DNA of 63,228 nucleotides, filler included, from Reclinomonas americana ATCC 50394 (taxonomy: Eukaryota): the NCBI GenBank assembly GCA_048213135.1. It is 8 parts of 4 records of this genome, joined end to end, with 100 filler letters (N's around TTAATTAATTAA, not from the genome) between each part and the next. Parts side by side here need not be neighbours in the genome. Positions count along the whole stretch, not along the records: positions 1 to 8,995 come from PS015391.1; positions 9,096 to 38,269 come from PS015392.1; 6 more parts are not named here. The stretch is one strand, 5' to 3'. Made by a program: the position numbers and the translations under genes. Under the pieces are notes generated by a model. That model did not search any database. It saw only the letters and a list, made by a program, of their open reading frames with translations, and had not been told where the DNA came from. Of this stretch, positions 1-13,000 are shown in pieces. Numbering within the stretch: the stretch's first letter is position 1; every line of letters begins with the position of its first letter.

Positions 1-180
1 AGGCGAGGGAGTGAGAGCGAGAGAGCAGAGGCGAGGGAGTGGGAGCGAGAGAGCAGAGGCGAGGGAGTGAGAGCGAGAGAGCAGAGGCGAGGGAGTGGGA
101 GAGAGAGAGCGGAGGCGAAAGAGCTGAGGCGAGAGGGAGTGGGAACGAGAGAGCGGATGCGAGGGAGTGAGAGCGTGAGA
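1..180 (+). repeat. Imperfect purine-rich tandem repeat (~28-nt unit GAGGCGAGGGAGTGAGAGCGAGAGAGCA), probably intronic
   Basis: The unit is visibly repeated several times with decay and lies upstream of the LST8 acceptor at ~247. Confidence 0.7.
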
Positions 181-247
181 GTGGAAGCGTGTGCCTTGTC
201 AATCTTGCCTCCTAGTTCTTCTTGTGCTCACGGTGACGACACCGCAG

Positions 248-884
248 ATCCCCGATGGCGAGACAGCCATCCGGAGCGTGTGCCTGAACCCCGAGGGCAC
301 GCTGGCCGTCGCGGCCAACAACAAGGGCATGTGCTTTGTGTGGTCGTGGGAGTCAAAAGAGGCCACTGACGATGAGGTACACACACACACATACGCACAC
401 ACACGCACACGCATACACAATGTCTCTCTGTCTGCCTGCCTGTCTACCTGTCTTCCATCGCCCCTCACTTTCTCATTCCTCCTAGACCGGCAGCGCGGGC
501 ACCCCTCACGAGGAGAGCGACGAGACCGCATCGCTCCCCGACGTATACTCGGTGCTACAGCCGCGCTACAAGCTGGAAGCGCACAAAACCTACATCCTCA
601 AGAGCGTCTTCTCGCCCGACGGCCGCTACCTGGCCACCACCAGCGCCGACAAGACCGTCAATCTGTGGAACACCAGCACATTCGATCTGTACAAGACCCT
701 CGAAGGCCACCAGCGCTGGGTGTGGGACTGCTCTTTCTCGGCCGACTCGGTGTACCTGCTGACGGGCTCCAGCGACGGCACCGCACAACTGTGGGACGTC
801 GGCACTGGGCAGTCCATCAAGACCTACAGCGGGCATCAGAAGCCCGTGGTCGCCGTGTGTCTCGACGACACCACTGATGCGTGA
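248..884 (+). CDS. LST8: TOR complex subunit LST8 (WD40), 3' part, 2 exons
   Basis: Exons IPDGETAIRSVCLNPEGTLAVAANNKGMCFVW and AHKTYILKSVFSPDGRYLATTSADKTV...GHQRWVWDCSFSADSVYLLTGSSD match LST8; GT-AG intron ~377-486; TGA at 882-884. Confidence 0.9.
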
Positions 885-1034
885 GAGAGCCCAGCGGATG
901 GTGGTTTTTTGCACAAGGAAGGGCAATCAAAAACGCAGATAATGAAGTGAGACGCGATGCTGTGTATGCGGGAGATATCGAACGAACGATCAATCGACCA
1001 AGAAAACCAATTTGCAACGAGCGAGAGAGAGAGA

Positions 1035-2020
1035 ATGGGTTGCGGGACTTCATCAGCGGCCACACCTGTGAGCAATGCGCACTCGACGCCCGGCGATGCG
1101 CTGGCCTCCAAGACAATCGTCTTTGTGTTGGGTGCGCAAGTGAGAGAGAAAGAGAAAGAAAGAGAGAGAGACTGACAGGTGGTGGCACGCGTCACTCTCT
1201 CTCTCTCGCTGCGTGAGTGAGTGAGAGAGCGTGCGTGACAGGCAGTGTGTGCGTGTGTCTCAGTGTGTGTGAGAGAAAGAAGTTATCGATTTGCAGTTGT
1301 GTTGATCGTTGATGATTGCTGTTTCTCACTCTCTCTCTCTGTGCAATAGGCGGTCCTGGCAGTGGCAAGGGCACGCAATCTGCGCGACTTGTGGCCGACT
1401 TTGGCTTCAAGCACTTGTCCGCGGGCGATCTGTTGCGCGAGGAGCAAGCACGTGGCGGGGAACGGGCGGAGCTAATTGACCGGCACATTCGCGAAGGGCT
1501 CATTGTACCGGCGGAGATCACGATATCGTTGTTGCGCGAGGCGATTGTGCGGGCGCCGGCGGACACGTGCTTTCTCGTGGATGGATTCCCGCGCTCGGTC
1601 GAGCAGGGACATGCGTTCGAGAAGGAGGTGAAACGCGGGGCGTTTTGCTTGTTTTACGAGTGCGCCGAGGAGGAGCTGGAGAAGCGTCTGTTGAAGCGCG
1701 GGGAGACGAGCGGGCGCGCGGATGATAACTTGGAGAGCATCCGTAAGCGTTTTGTGACGTACAAGCAGCAGACGATGCCGGTGATTGAGTTTTTTGGCAG
1801 CGAGAAGCGCCTTCAGGTGCATACGTCAAACGATTTGCAGTGACGCTCTCGTGCTGTTTACTCAGTTCGTGTGTGGCGTGCACAGACCATTGACTCTGGT
1901 CGGGATGTCGACGAAGTCTACGCCGACACGAAGCGTGTCATTCACGAGACCCTCGGCGGCAAAGTCAAGGGAGTGGTGCGTTGTTCGTTGGGAGAACTTG
2001 CATCTCTCTGTCACCCATAA
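1035..2020 (+). CDS. UMP-CMP kinase / adenylate kinase family, with N-terminal MGCGTSS acylation motif; 3' end uncertain
   Basis: IVFVLG|GPGSGKGTQ P-loop split by an intron; HLSAGDLLR, LVDGFPR and GRADDN motifs. Confidence 0.88.
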
Positions 2021-2905
2021 TGCTTTCTCGTCCTTGTGTTCCCTCGATTCGTCTGTCTTTGGCATTCCCTCTCATAATCGGTGTTCCCTTGCATCTGCCT
2101 GCGCTTTCGTCAACAACGATGCTGGCGCTTACTTTGTTGTCTCTCGCGTTTGTGTTGTTGTTCACCTGTCTTGATCTTTTCCCTTGCTCTCTGCCTGCTT
2201 GTATCGTCGTTCAAAACGCTCTCGTTGATTCTGGTGTCTTTCTTCCTTCCGACTCGTGTCGCCCATATTTCTGACGTCTTCGTCTCTCTCGGCGCCTGTG
2301 TCGTCCGTCGTTCAATATGCTATCGTTGATTCTGGTGTCTTTCTCTCACGCCTTCTCGTTCTTGTTGCGCCTGTGCTCTTTCACACACAGTTCCTCCCGT
2401 TGTCTCTCCCCGTTTCTCTTTGCCCATCTCACATCCTTTTCCCCTCTTCCCTTGCCCTTCTCGTCTATTTCTCCCTTCTTCCCTCTCTTTCCTCATCTCA
2501 CCTCTTTCTCTATCTCCATCTCGCATTCCCTCCACTCTCCCTCCTCTCTCTCTCCCTCCTCTCTCTCTCCTTTCTCTCTCCCTCCTCCCTCCCCTTCTCC
2601 CTCCCCTTCCCCTTCTCCTCCATTCGCCTTCCCCTTCCCTTCCCCCCCTTTGCTCACCACCCCCTCCCCGCACGCAGTCCGCCCCCGCGGCATAAAACAA
2701 ACAACCACGACGAGAGGGGGAAAGAGACAGAGACGTCGACTCGACACATCGCCCTTCCCCCTTTGTTTGTATGTAAAGTATCTTATGTACGACCCGGTTT
2801 TGCTCGCGCACGTTTGCGAACGCACGCGCTCTTCTATATTTTCAGTGTGTGTGTAGCAGTCGCGAGGGGTCAAGTCTTCCTCGCCCACTCGCTCCCTCGA
2901 GCAGG

Positions 2906-5900
2906 ATGGAGCCTCCACAGAGCGGCCTCTTGCCGCGCATCAGGTGCATTGCTGTGTCGACATACAAAATGTATCTATTGTGCGCTGCGCGGGTGAACTC
3001 AAGCACACATGCAGGTCGACCTCAATCGAGCGCCTCATCCAGCTGGCGAGCAACTCCGGCGACCAGTACATGAGCTCGGCCATCTCTGACGTGCTCATGC
3101 AGCTGGTGGACCGCACACCGGTGGATATCGCCGCGCTGTCCGCGATTCATGCGCCGCCTGCGATGGTGGCCACACCAGCAGGCGCCAGTGGCAACACCGC
3201 GAAATCGCCTTCACCAGCGCGACGCAAGTTGCTGCCACACGGCCGACTACCGCCTACAATGGGCGGAGCGGCGGCGGCGGCAAGTAGCGGCATGCTGACG
3301 CCGACCAAGCAGATTGGAGCAGATAGCTTTGTGCCGACGGGCGACGTGCCACACCCAGTCATGCAACCGCGCGACATTACCACCCTGCAGAGTCGTTCGT
3401 GGATTGCGGATCACTCGCGAGTGCGTTTCCCCAGTTCCCCCGACCTGTTCCGGTGAGTCCTTCTCCTGCATCCATGCTTCCCTCTCCCCAAATTCTCCTC
3501 ACCGCGCCACCACCCGCCTTCCAGTGACCGGTTCGGCGCACTCGACACCTGGCCAGCGAATAGCACGCAGACACGCTTCCCCTCTCCCACCAAGTCGCGG
3601 ACCAAGAAGAAGGCACCAAAGTTCGACCGTCGTGATGCTTTCACCCGCCCCGTGACGCTGCTGGACACGGAGCCACCGTCGCCGCCTGCGGCCTTTGCCT
3701 CCGAATCGCCCGAGTTGCGCGAGCTGGTCGGCAGTGAGAGCTTGGATGGCGGCGGAGACATGCGTGCCCCGCACACACCCGTGCAAGGGGAGCAGGACCA
3801 GCAACAGCAGCACCAGCAACAGTCCTCGTCGTCACACAAGAAGGCGAGACAGGAGACGAGACCAAGTGTTGTCGGTCGTCGCCAGCCGGCCGCCCTGCAG
3901 ACCGGTGACTTGTCGCCGGTAAAGCGACAAAAGAGAGACAGCCCCGAGGTTGTCGACGGTGATGGAGCGGAGCGCGAGGTGGATGGTGCGGTACTCGGTC
4001 GCCTGTTTCCTGTTTCCTCGGTCTCAACTACTCACCCCCTGTTTTGCACAGCGCATGCCAGCAGAACAAGTGTGGAGGCCGACAGGATGCAGCGCTATGT
4101 CGGCGGCTCCAAGCCACAGTTGCTACGCCAGCTGGAAATGTACTTGGATGAGAATCTCACTCGACTCGGCGACCTCGGGTGCGTCCACTTGCTCGTGCCG
4201 TCTTCCTCACAGCACTGCTGACTGTTCCGACTGTTGCAGGCAAGAGGGACCACCGAATCTGCATCGCTTGGCCGTCTTCCGCGAGACACTGAGTTGCGCA
4301 CTTGTGTCCCCTGCCCACCTTCACCTCCCTTGCTTACCTTACTCGCCATGGCAGGCCTTCTCCTGGAACAATTCAAAACGTACAAGCCCATCCTGTCGCG
4401 CATCGTGCAAGAGTACGAGACCAACCTGCAAGTGCTGCATGCCAGCCACCTGCTCATTCCCAAGCTGCGACAAAGCATATCCTACGTTCGAGCCGAGCAA
4501 ACGCGCTCGGTGACGCAGGTACACGACGAGTTTCACACTGCCACGACGGAGATGCGACAACAGATCAGGGAGCTGGAGAACAAGCTGCAGAGTGTGTCGG
4601 ATGAATTCAGTTGCGCGCCGCACGTACGCCTCCGCCTCTTTGCAGCTCACCATTACTCACTCCCGAAAGCACAGCTGTGTTGACGTTGGAGTACGAGGAG
4701 GCCAACAAGGAGCGTCAAGTGCTGCGACGCGACAACTCGGAGCTCCGCACACAGAACACTGCGCTGATGGAGGCTCTGAAGGATTTCCGCGAGCGTGCTG
4801 CCACGAGCGAGGAGCTCGCTGCCCGCTTGCGTGAACTGGCCCTCGACCGCGATCGTGTTCTCGACGGTACCGACACAGTCCCTCCTCCGCTCCACCGCCC
4901 TTGTCACTTGCAGTAACTGATGCTCTTCCTCTTGCAGTCGAGCGCAACTTGGCCGCCGTCACCAGGGAACTGGAAAAGACGCGCAGTGACCTGTCGCTCT
5001 CTGTCAGCGCCGCAGTGTACACCGAGCTGGAGCAGGCGGCTGCCGAGGTCCGCAAGGAGAATCACGCGCTGAAGAGCAAGACCAGTGTGTTGGTGCGCCG
5101 CTGCGTTTCGCTCGAATGCCTGCCCTCCACTGCCATTCATGTTTTTTTGCGTGCAGACAACACAACTCAAATCGGCCAGCGAACGTGCCGAACTACTGGC
5201 CGCTCGACTCGCCGAGGCCGAGCGGGCGGTGCAGGCGGCGACAGTGTTGACCCCGAGACCCGACTGGCGTCGGGCATTCCGATCCATCCCCGAGGCCCTT
5301 CTGCCGGCACCACCAAACGGCGGCTCGTGGGCCATTGGCACCACTCCCACCAACGATGCCGTGGACTCGGTGCTCGAGCTCATGTCGACGCAGCAGTGCG
5401 TGGAGGTGTTGTTGAAGGAGGTCGAGTCGGTGCAGCAGCAAGCCGTGCAATATGCCGTGCAAATGGACGAGCTGCGATGCGGCCTGTGGGTGTTTGGGAG
5501 GGCGGCACGAAAGCGCGCCGTGGCCGACGCCAATGGGTGCGTGTGATGCACGAATGTCTCTCTTCTTTTTATTGACATTCTCACTCTCGGTGTGGACGGC
5601 CTACAGTCGGCGTGGACAAGACAAGTGGCTGGTTGGGCTCGGCGACGGGCCGGATGTGCCGCGACACTTGCGCTGGGTGGGCAAGATCGCCAACACCAAT
5701 GTGCAGAAACGGGAGCTGCACGAGTCTGTGCGAGCGTTCTTGGAGCACCGTCGGTCGGTGATGGCTGCGTACACACTGGAGAGCAGGACAGTGCCCGAGG
5801 TCAAGTCTTGCAGCGCCCCCCCTGCGTGTTTTCTTGTCTCTCGAGCCATCGCTAACGAGTCGTCGTTTCCGTGGTGCAGTTTGATGATGCGTGGTACGGT

Positions 5901-7287
5901 TTTGTCAAGTCACAGCAGAACGACAGCCACAAGGAGGCCACCGAGCGCATCTACAATCTTGTGGACGCCCTTCAGCGCTACCGCTACGACGCCGAGCTGG
6001 ACACTTTCAGCCGCGTCCTCAAGGGTGTGTGCATCAACACAAGTTTCCTCTCCTTGTCGTGCTCCTCTCACACTCAATTAACTCATGTGCAGGCGAGCTG
6101 GACGAAGCAGTGTTGGGCGAGCAGCAGAGCCTGGTGGCGCTGTTGAACAAGAAACTGCATCGAGTGGTGGACAAGGCGGCGACGGCGGCGGCGGCATCAG
6201 CTGGCCCCGCAGCCTCCCCCGCCGCCAACGAGATGCCGTGGGATGCGTTCTGGAGCTGCGTAAAACGAACGTGTCCAGCCAAGTCCGACGCCTATCTCCG
6301 TCGCTTGGAGGAGGTTAGTAGCTTGCACGCTTTCTATATCTTGCAACCTCGTCACTCAATGCATGCGGCTCGCTGCGATTGCAGGCCGTACGATTGGATT
6401 TCGACGGACAGCTTCCGGCGCAGGTGCCATTCGAGACCCTGCTGCAAGAGGACGGCGATCTGTGCAGCAGTGAATTCGTCGATGAACTGCGCCTCCAGCA
6501 TGTGGTGGAGCGTGAAGTCTTCTTCCGCGATCTCATGGTGTGTTTGCGTGTGTGTGTCGACTGCTTCTTCTTCGGCAACAAGCATGAGTATGGATTTCCT
6601 GATTCGGTGATTTGCCGCACGCAGCTGGAGATCATGAGTCGGGCGTCGATGGACGGTGAAATCTCGCCCAACGAGGCCCTCGCTGCAATCCAGGCAGTGG
6701 ATCCGGCGCAGCAGGTACGAGTGGGAGGCAGAAGTGGAGGTGTGTGCTTCGTTCGACACGGCTCACCGTGCTGTGTGGTCTCCAGATTCGCGAGCTGGAT
6801 CACTTGGTGGCGCGTGGCTTCGACATGCTGACTCGCATCGAGCTGTTGATTCCTGTGGGTGGTGTGGTGGACGAATCGGGCGCCACGTCCAAGCGCTCGT
6901 ACCGGTCGCAGATGCGCGTATCGGCTCACGATTTTTGTCAGGTGTGGTCGAGCATGCTCTGGTGATCTTGCGTGCACGTGTGGTGCGCGCGTCGACTCAC
7001 TTTCTACACTCAGCGTCTGCGCACGGGAGCGTTGCGCCGACGATCGCGAAAACAGTACATTCGACACGGCACTGGCGTCAAGATGCTGCTCGGCGACGGA
7101 CTCGCGGCGGTGCTCCGCGGCACGAGCTCCTCGCACGGCCGACGAGCACCGTCCACCGATCAAGTTGCGTCGCCCTGCGCTGCATCAGCGCCTTGTGTTT
7201 TTTCCTCTTATCCAGTCGTTGTCGTGCAAGCAGGAGGCTCCGTCGCGACCACTGGTGCCACTGGAGCCCCCACGTGGAGCATTGTAG
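2906..7287 (+). CDS. TSNAXIP1-like (translin-associated factor X-interacting) coiled-coil protein, many exons
   Basis: KPQLLRQLEMYLDENL...RLAVFRETL..LEQFKTYKPILSRIVQEYE and GLGDGPDVPRHLRWVGKI resemble conserved TSNAXIP1 blocks; exons are linked by short GT-AG introns; ends are approximate. Confidence 0.7.
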
Positions 7288-7776
7288 CAGGAGACGAGTA
7301 GTAATGAAGGAGAAAATGGCAATTGTTTGCAACTTCCGACAGACGACCAGTTGTGGTTGAGGTCACTGCAGCATCACAGCAGCAGTGCAGACGGCCTTTG
7401 ATATTACACGGAAGTCTCACGACCTTCTTTCGAGTAGTTTCTCTTGCAATTGCAGAAACGCCAGCATTCGCCACTTGGGCTTTCTCACGCTGTCTTTCTC
7501 AGTTTTTGATACCCATTCAAGACAGTGATGATCATGCAGCTGTGTTGCTTTGGATAGCGAAGTCTAGTTTTTCCGAAGGACCTTTGTCCTCGTTTCACAC
7601 GCATACCGGTGAGCACAAACACCACCCACACACAGCTCCTGAGTATGAGTGGCCACCTTGCATACATGCATGCACATGCGTGTGTGTGCGCGTGTGTGTG
7701 TTGCTGACCATGGCGTACATGTTGTCTCCACACACAACCACCGACCCCCACTCACTCTCTCTCCCACTCACAGAGA

Positions 7777-8896
7777 ATGTCCAGCAAGCTCTCTCTGCTG
7801 CTTCTGTTGCTCCTCGTGGTGTCTCTGGCCTCGGCATCACACGCCTCACTGACTGCGAATGCCGCTCGCGACAATGGTGCCCCCTGGTCGCGTCTCTTTG
7901 GCATGTCGCCACTGATGCAGCTGGAGAGCTTCGATCCGCTCACTGGCCAGCCCATTGAGGTGAGCAGGCAGCAAAAAAAGGACTCTCTTTATTGAGGTGT
8001 TGGATTGATTCTTCCGCGTGACACAGGTCGGTCCGTCGCTGGCATATGAGGCGCAGGGACAGGTGCGTCTGTGTCTGCCTGTGCCAGTCTAGCCCTCCAT
8101 GCTCACTCACTCTGTCTTGTCTGTCTGCATATGCGCAGGGCTTGTCGACGATTGATCCGGATCGGAGCCTGGTGGGCACGCGCTTGCTTGCTTGTCGTTT
8201 GCTTTCTACTGTCTGTGTGTGTGTTGCTCACCCACCTGCTGCGCTGCGCAGTTCTACATTATCGGCACCAACATGACGTCGCCGTACACGATTTCACTCG
8301 TTACGCGCGCTCCACTCCGCCCCTTGTGCATGGCTCGACGACTGACGCGCAGCTGCACACAGATTAGCGTGTCGTGCGCATCGGGTGGCGTCGTGGCGGA
8401 GATTCCGCTGCCGTTCCTGCTCGAGGCGTTTGTGGGCATTGTTGAGTGAGCATTGATTGGTGTTGCTGTGGCGGCGGCAGATCCACTTGTTTTCGTCTGT
8501 TTCGAATCTCCTGCCAACACTTGTACTCTGTGCGCCACAGGGCCAGTTCGTCAACTACGATCGCCCGACAAAGAGCATCATTGCCGTCGGTCGCAGTGCC
8601 GCCGTGCGTGATTCGGTATGGAGAAGCAGAATGTGCATGAGTGTGAATACGTGATGTTGCTGACACGTTGTGCAGCATGAGATCCTCCGCGTCAATCCGG
8701 AGACTGGGTGAGTGTTGTTGGTCTTCATTCTCTCACTCTTTCTCTGCGATCGTGAATGCTGAACGTGCCCCGCAGTGCCATTCGCCGCATCGCCGTTGTC
8801 GGCGACTTCCAGCCCATTGAGGTGCTCGGTGGATTCGGTGTGCTCGATCAGGCCAACGAGGTCGAGTTGCGTGCACGGTCGACTGCCCTGACTCTC

Positions 8897-8995
<99 letters not shown>

Positions 8996-9918
8996 NNNNN
9001 NNNNNNNNNNNNNNNNNNNNNNNNNNNNNNNNNNNNNNNTTAATTAATTAANNNNNNNNNNNNNNNNNNNNNNNNNNNNNNNNNNNNNNNNNNNNCCTCC
9101 CTTTTCCCCCTCCTCCCTCCCCCCTTCCTCCCTTCCCCCCCCCTCTCCCTCTCCCTTCCCCTCACATCACCACAGGTGGCTGATGCTGGCGCAAAACGCC
9201 ACCGGCCCGATCTACATCAAGTTCTACGGCTACTCGACGCGCAGTGGCGACCTGTTGAACATTATCGACAACCCCGTCGGCATGGTTGCCGCCGCCGTGC
9301 GTCCACTGCCCGCTCCACTCGTTGTGCTGGTCGTGCAACGTCTCTCACTATGTTTGTGCACAGTTCGACTCCAAGACCAAGCTGGTGTACGGCATTGGCA
9401 CTCGTGTCGACACGACGACCAACAAGTATGTGCGCACTCTGGTGACCCTCAACAGCCAGACGGCCCAGTTCAACCTTGTCGGTGACATCAAGGTTCACCC
9501 ACCTCGCTCACCCCGTGCACCCCCCTTCACCTCCTCACTCTTTTCTCCCTTTTGCGTGCAGGGCTATCTGGGCATGCTCGCCGCCATTTCGGCACTGGAC
9601 GAGAACGGCCGTGTCTTGTACGCGCTCATGCAGCCGGCCACCTCGAACAGTGGACCCACTCACGATTCGGCCGCCGGCATGCCGTGGGACGTCCTCAACC
9701 CGGGCCTCCTGCGCGACCGCCCCACTGACCCATCGCTGGTGTTCGATCTCGGTGAGTCAGCCTTCTCCTCTCTTCCCTTTCCACCCTCCACCCTCCCCCT
9801 CACTCACTTGTGCGGTGCAGTGGCGATTGATTTGGGCAGCGGTGCCGTCCTGCATGTGGCGCCGAACGCGTGCGACATCCAGCACTGCCCGTGGAACCTG
9901 CACTTCCTCAACGTGTAA
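7777..9918 (+). CDS. Secreted protein of unknown function (signal peptide, beta-rich), ~12 exons, crosses the linker at 9040
   Basis: Hydrophobic N-terminus MSSKLSLLLLLLLVVSLASASHA; in-frame exon chain to ...HCPWNLHFLNV TAA; the donor at 8866 phase-matches the acceptor at ~9175. Confidence 0.65.
8892..8995 (+). repeat. (CT)n microsatellite, intronic, at a contig end
   Basis: Direct inspection. Confidence 0.95.
9040..9051. other. Artificial contig linker TTAATTAATTAA flanked by Ns (also at 38314, 42059, 45860, 52172, 56263, 60389)
   Basis: Identical palindromic all-frame-stop 12-mer embedded in N runs seven times. Confidence 0.97.
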
Positions 9919-10042
9919 ACCCACTCGCAGTCGTGGAGACCTGTGCTGCTCTCTCTTTTTTCCCTTTACCATCACCAGCATGACGTGTGTTGTTGCTTCA
10001 TCCCAATCTCCATGTCATTAAAGTGGTGCGCCTTTTTTTTCT

Positions 10043-13000
10043 TTACTTTCGTAGTCGTGCAAGCTCCTCCTGCAGACGCGCGTTCTCCTCCCTCAGTGCA
10101 TCGCACTCGGCATGCAACCTGCACGTGCGCGAGTTAGCGCCAGCCAGGCGATTGTTCTCTCTCGCCAGACGCAACTTTTCTGATGGTGCATCCGCCAGGT
10201 GCGTCATGAGTTCGTTGCGAGCCTCCTCGGCGAGTTGCAGCTGCGCTTGAAGCTGCTCAATCTGCGTGGTTTTCGAGTGCAACTCCAACGTCAACTCGTT
10301 GCAGAGTACGCGCAGCTGATTGCCCTTGTCAGATTGGTTTGCGCGTGACAGCGACTGCGCCAGCGCTTGCTGACGCGTGGCCTCCTTCTTCAACTCCTCG
10401 CGCTCCTTCTTGCCACTATCCAGCAAGCTCTCCAGGAACGCAATGTGTTTCTTGTACCCGTCCATATCCCGTGCGTGCTCACTCGCCGCCTTGGTGCGCA
10501 CCTCCCGCTCGCGCAACACCATGGCACGCAGCTCCTCTGCTTCCGCCGTCATGGCGCTGGCCCGATTCAGGGCGGCTTCGAAACGCCGGTTCGCCGCAAG
10601 AGCCACAATCTCGGCGTCGGGATCCGGCTCTCCATCCTCTGCCACGCACGTTAGAAATGCACTCGACGCTGTGCACCAACACCGTCCACTCACCCTCCTC
10701 GACCGTCTCCAGGCACTCGAGCAAGTCGGCCTCCTGCGACGAAGTACGGTGAGATCGCAGTTCACTGAAAATCAACTCGCACAATAGCACAAACCGACAA
10801 CTCTGCGTCTGAGAACGCACGCGCACACAGAAGAGTGCATGCGTCAGCAACGTGTACAAATCGACGAAAGACCGCATCCCACACTCACCGAGATCCCCAA
10901 ACACGGTGGAGTCCACAGAGGCGGCTGAACCGAGATCGGATGCCTGTGGAAAGAGGCGCACTGGTCTCAGCGGCACCGCCTCGCCGCCATCCTGACTCGT
11001 CCTCTGCGCCGCCAGCACGTCTGGCATGGAAAGAGTGGCAGCTGCGCGACACAGCATAAGCGAGAGCGCAGAGGGAAACTGAATCGTTGATCGCTCACCA
11101 TCGCCTCCCGCTGACGCTGCGTTCAAACGGACACGCCGCTCAAAGGTCAGATGGCTCAAGCTGGAGGCCGCCGAAGACATTTCACTCGCACCGCCGCTGC
11201 CGCCACCCGTGGCGCGCGATGGACGACGGAAGCTCATCTGCACAGTCTCAAAACAAGCATTGTGACTCCACCGTCCTCTGCATCCACGCGTACTCAGGCA
11301 CTCACCCTCGCCTCCTGCATCTTGCGCAGCTTGACGCGCATTTTCTCCACGTACAGCTCCTTGTCGACACGAAGCCGCTTCAGATCGCTGTGCAGATCGT
11401 GCGCCTTGACGGCGGCCTGTCGGCGCGCCTCGCGTGCAGCCAGCACCATGTGCTCCACCTTGCGCAAGTGTCGCGCGAGCATGCGCACCTCCTTGGCGGC
11501 TCGGTCACCATACTCGCCACCGTCCACATCCTCACCACCACCGCCAGCACCACCGTTACTTCTGTCTGCGTCTCCGACAGAGGCTCCAGGTGGTCGCTCT
11601 CGCGCCCCGTCGCCATTCACACGGCCACCCATGACTCCGCCACCGACATCGCTGTCGTCCGTCAGAGACGACATGAGAGCACCAGAGGAGGAGGCATTGG
11701 AGGGCGAGTAGAGTGCCGACGCGCCACCTGCGGACAAGGCACCTCCGGCTCCGCTGCTGAGAGCCGATATTCCTGCACGTCATTTCGACTCAGCAACCTT
11801 GGGTGTGTCAAGAACGACTAATACACAACGGGGGTGCACGCAACTGCTGCTGGCGCTCGCAGCTGGCTGCAAGACCGAAGTCACGCTCAACAACGGAGGC
11901 GCCGACGACGAGAGAGAGGAGGCTGGTAGGGGGCGCGACGCGGCCACAATGGGACCCGCAGAAATGGGAGTGTCTGGCAAGTCACCGTCCTGTCGCTGCG
12001 CCGTCACGAGCGCCTGCGTCCACATGCTACGTTCTTCGTCGCTGGCGAAGAACAAGTAGAGATACTCCTTGCCGACTTTGGCCGGATTCGGCTGATGAAT
12101 GCGCATGCCCACCATGCGGCGCAACTTCTTCGGCAGGTCGTCGGGGTTCCAGTCGTCGGGCCGGTCGAACGTAGCACCTGTCAGATCCAACGAGCCTTTC
12201 GGAGTCGCATACGGCCGCGATGTCTCCTGCTCGTTTGTGAACACACCGCAAAGAAACGACACACACACACACACACTGACCTTTTGCGACCGGTACCAGT
12301 ACAACGTGGTGCGGCGGACCAGTGCATACCGCGTGCGAGTCTTCTTGCGCACAGGGTCCACAAACTCCACCGGCCCCTCGATAGTGCTGCGCCACGCTGG
12401 TGGCATGGTGTACATGTCGTCGCTAATGTCGGTGCCGAGTGTGGTGGTGCGCTTGACACGGCGGCGCACGTTGGGCGACGGCTCCATGTAATTCGGAAAC
12501 GCGTTCGGCGACGAGTCCTGACCGCGACTCGCCAACAGCGCCAGTGCATTCACCTTTTGCTCCACGCACGTTTGCAGAGCCTCAGACTGGTGGCAGAGAC
12601 GCACCAGACGAAAGCAGAGTGAGTCAAGGCGCAGGCCAGCCATGTGCACGACGCCGACCAACTGCAAACCTTGTCGGCGTACTCGCGATTTGCGGCATCC
12701 ACATCGCCCTTGAGTGACTGAACGACCTGCCACGACTGCGACAACAGCATCTGCATCTGGAAGAGCAAGGCGTCGAGGTCGTCCAACTCCACAATGCCCT
12801 CACGCATGTCGGGGTTGCGCTGCACGCTCCACATGAGTACTATTCAACAAAAAAGGGATCTGTCTCGACACTCACCAGCTCCTCGACGAGACGCATGGTG
12901 TCGGACCACTCTTGCTTCTGACTGGCCTGGATCGTCAGCAGGGAGGCACAGTACTGAGCCGGGATGTGGAGCTTCAGCGAGTCGAGCTGCACACGAATGT

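Noticed and set aside
1976..2700. Long Ser/Leu/Pro- or Arg/Glu-rich ORFs and a short direct repeat (2221/2322)
   Set aside because: CT-rich low-complexity sequence, probably low quality, with no coding signature
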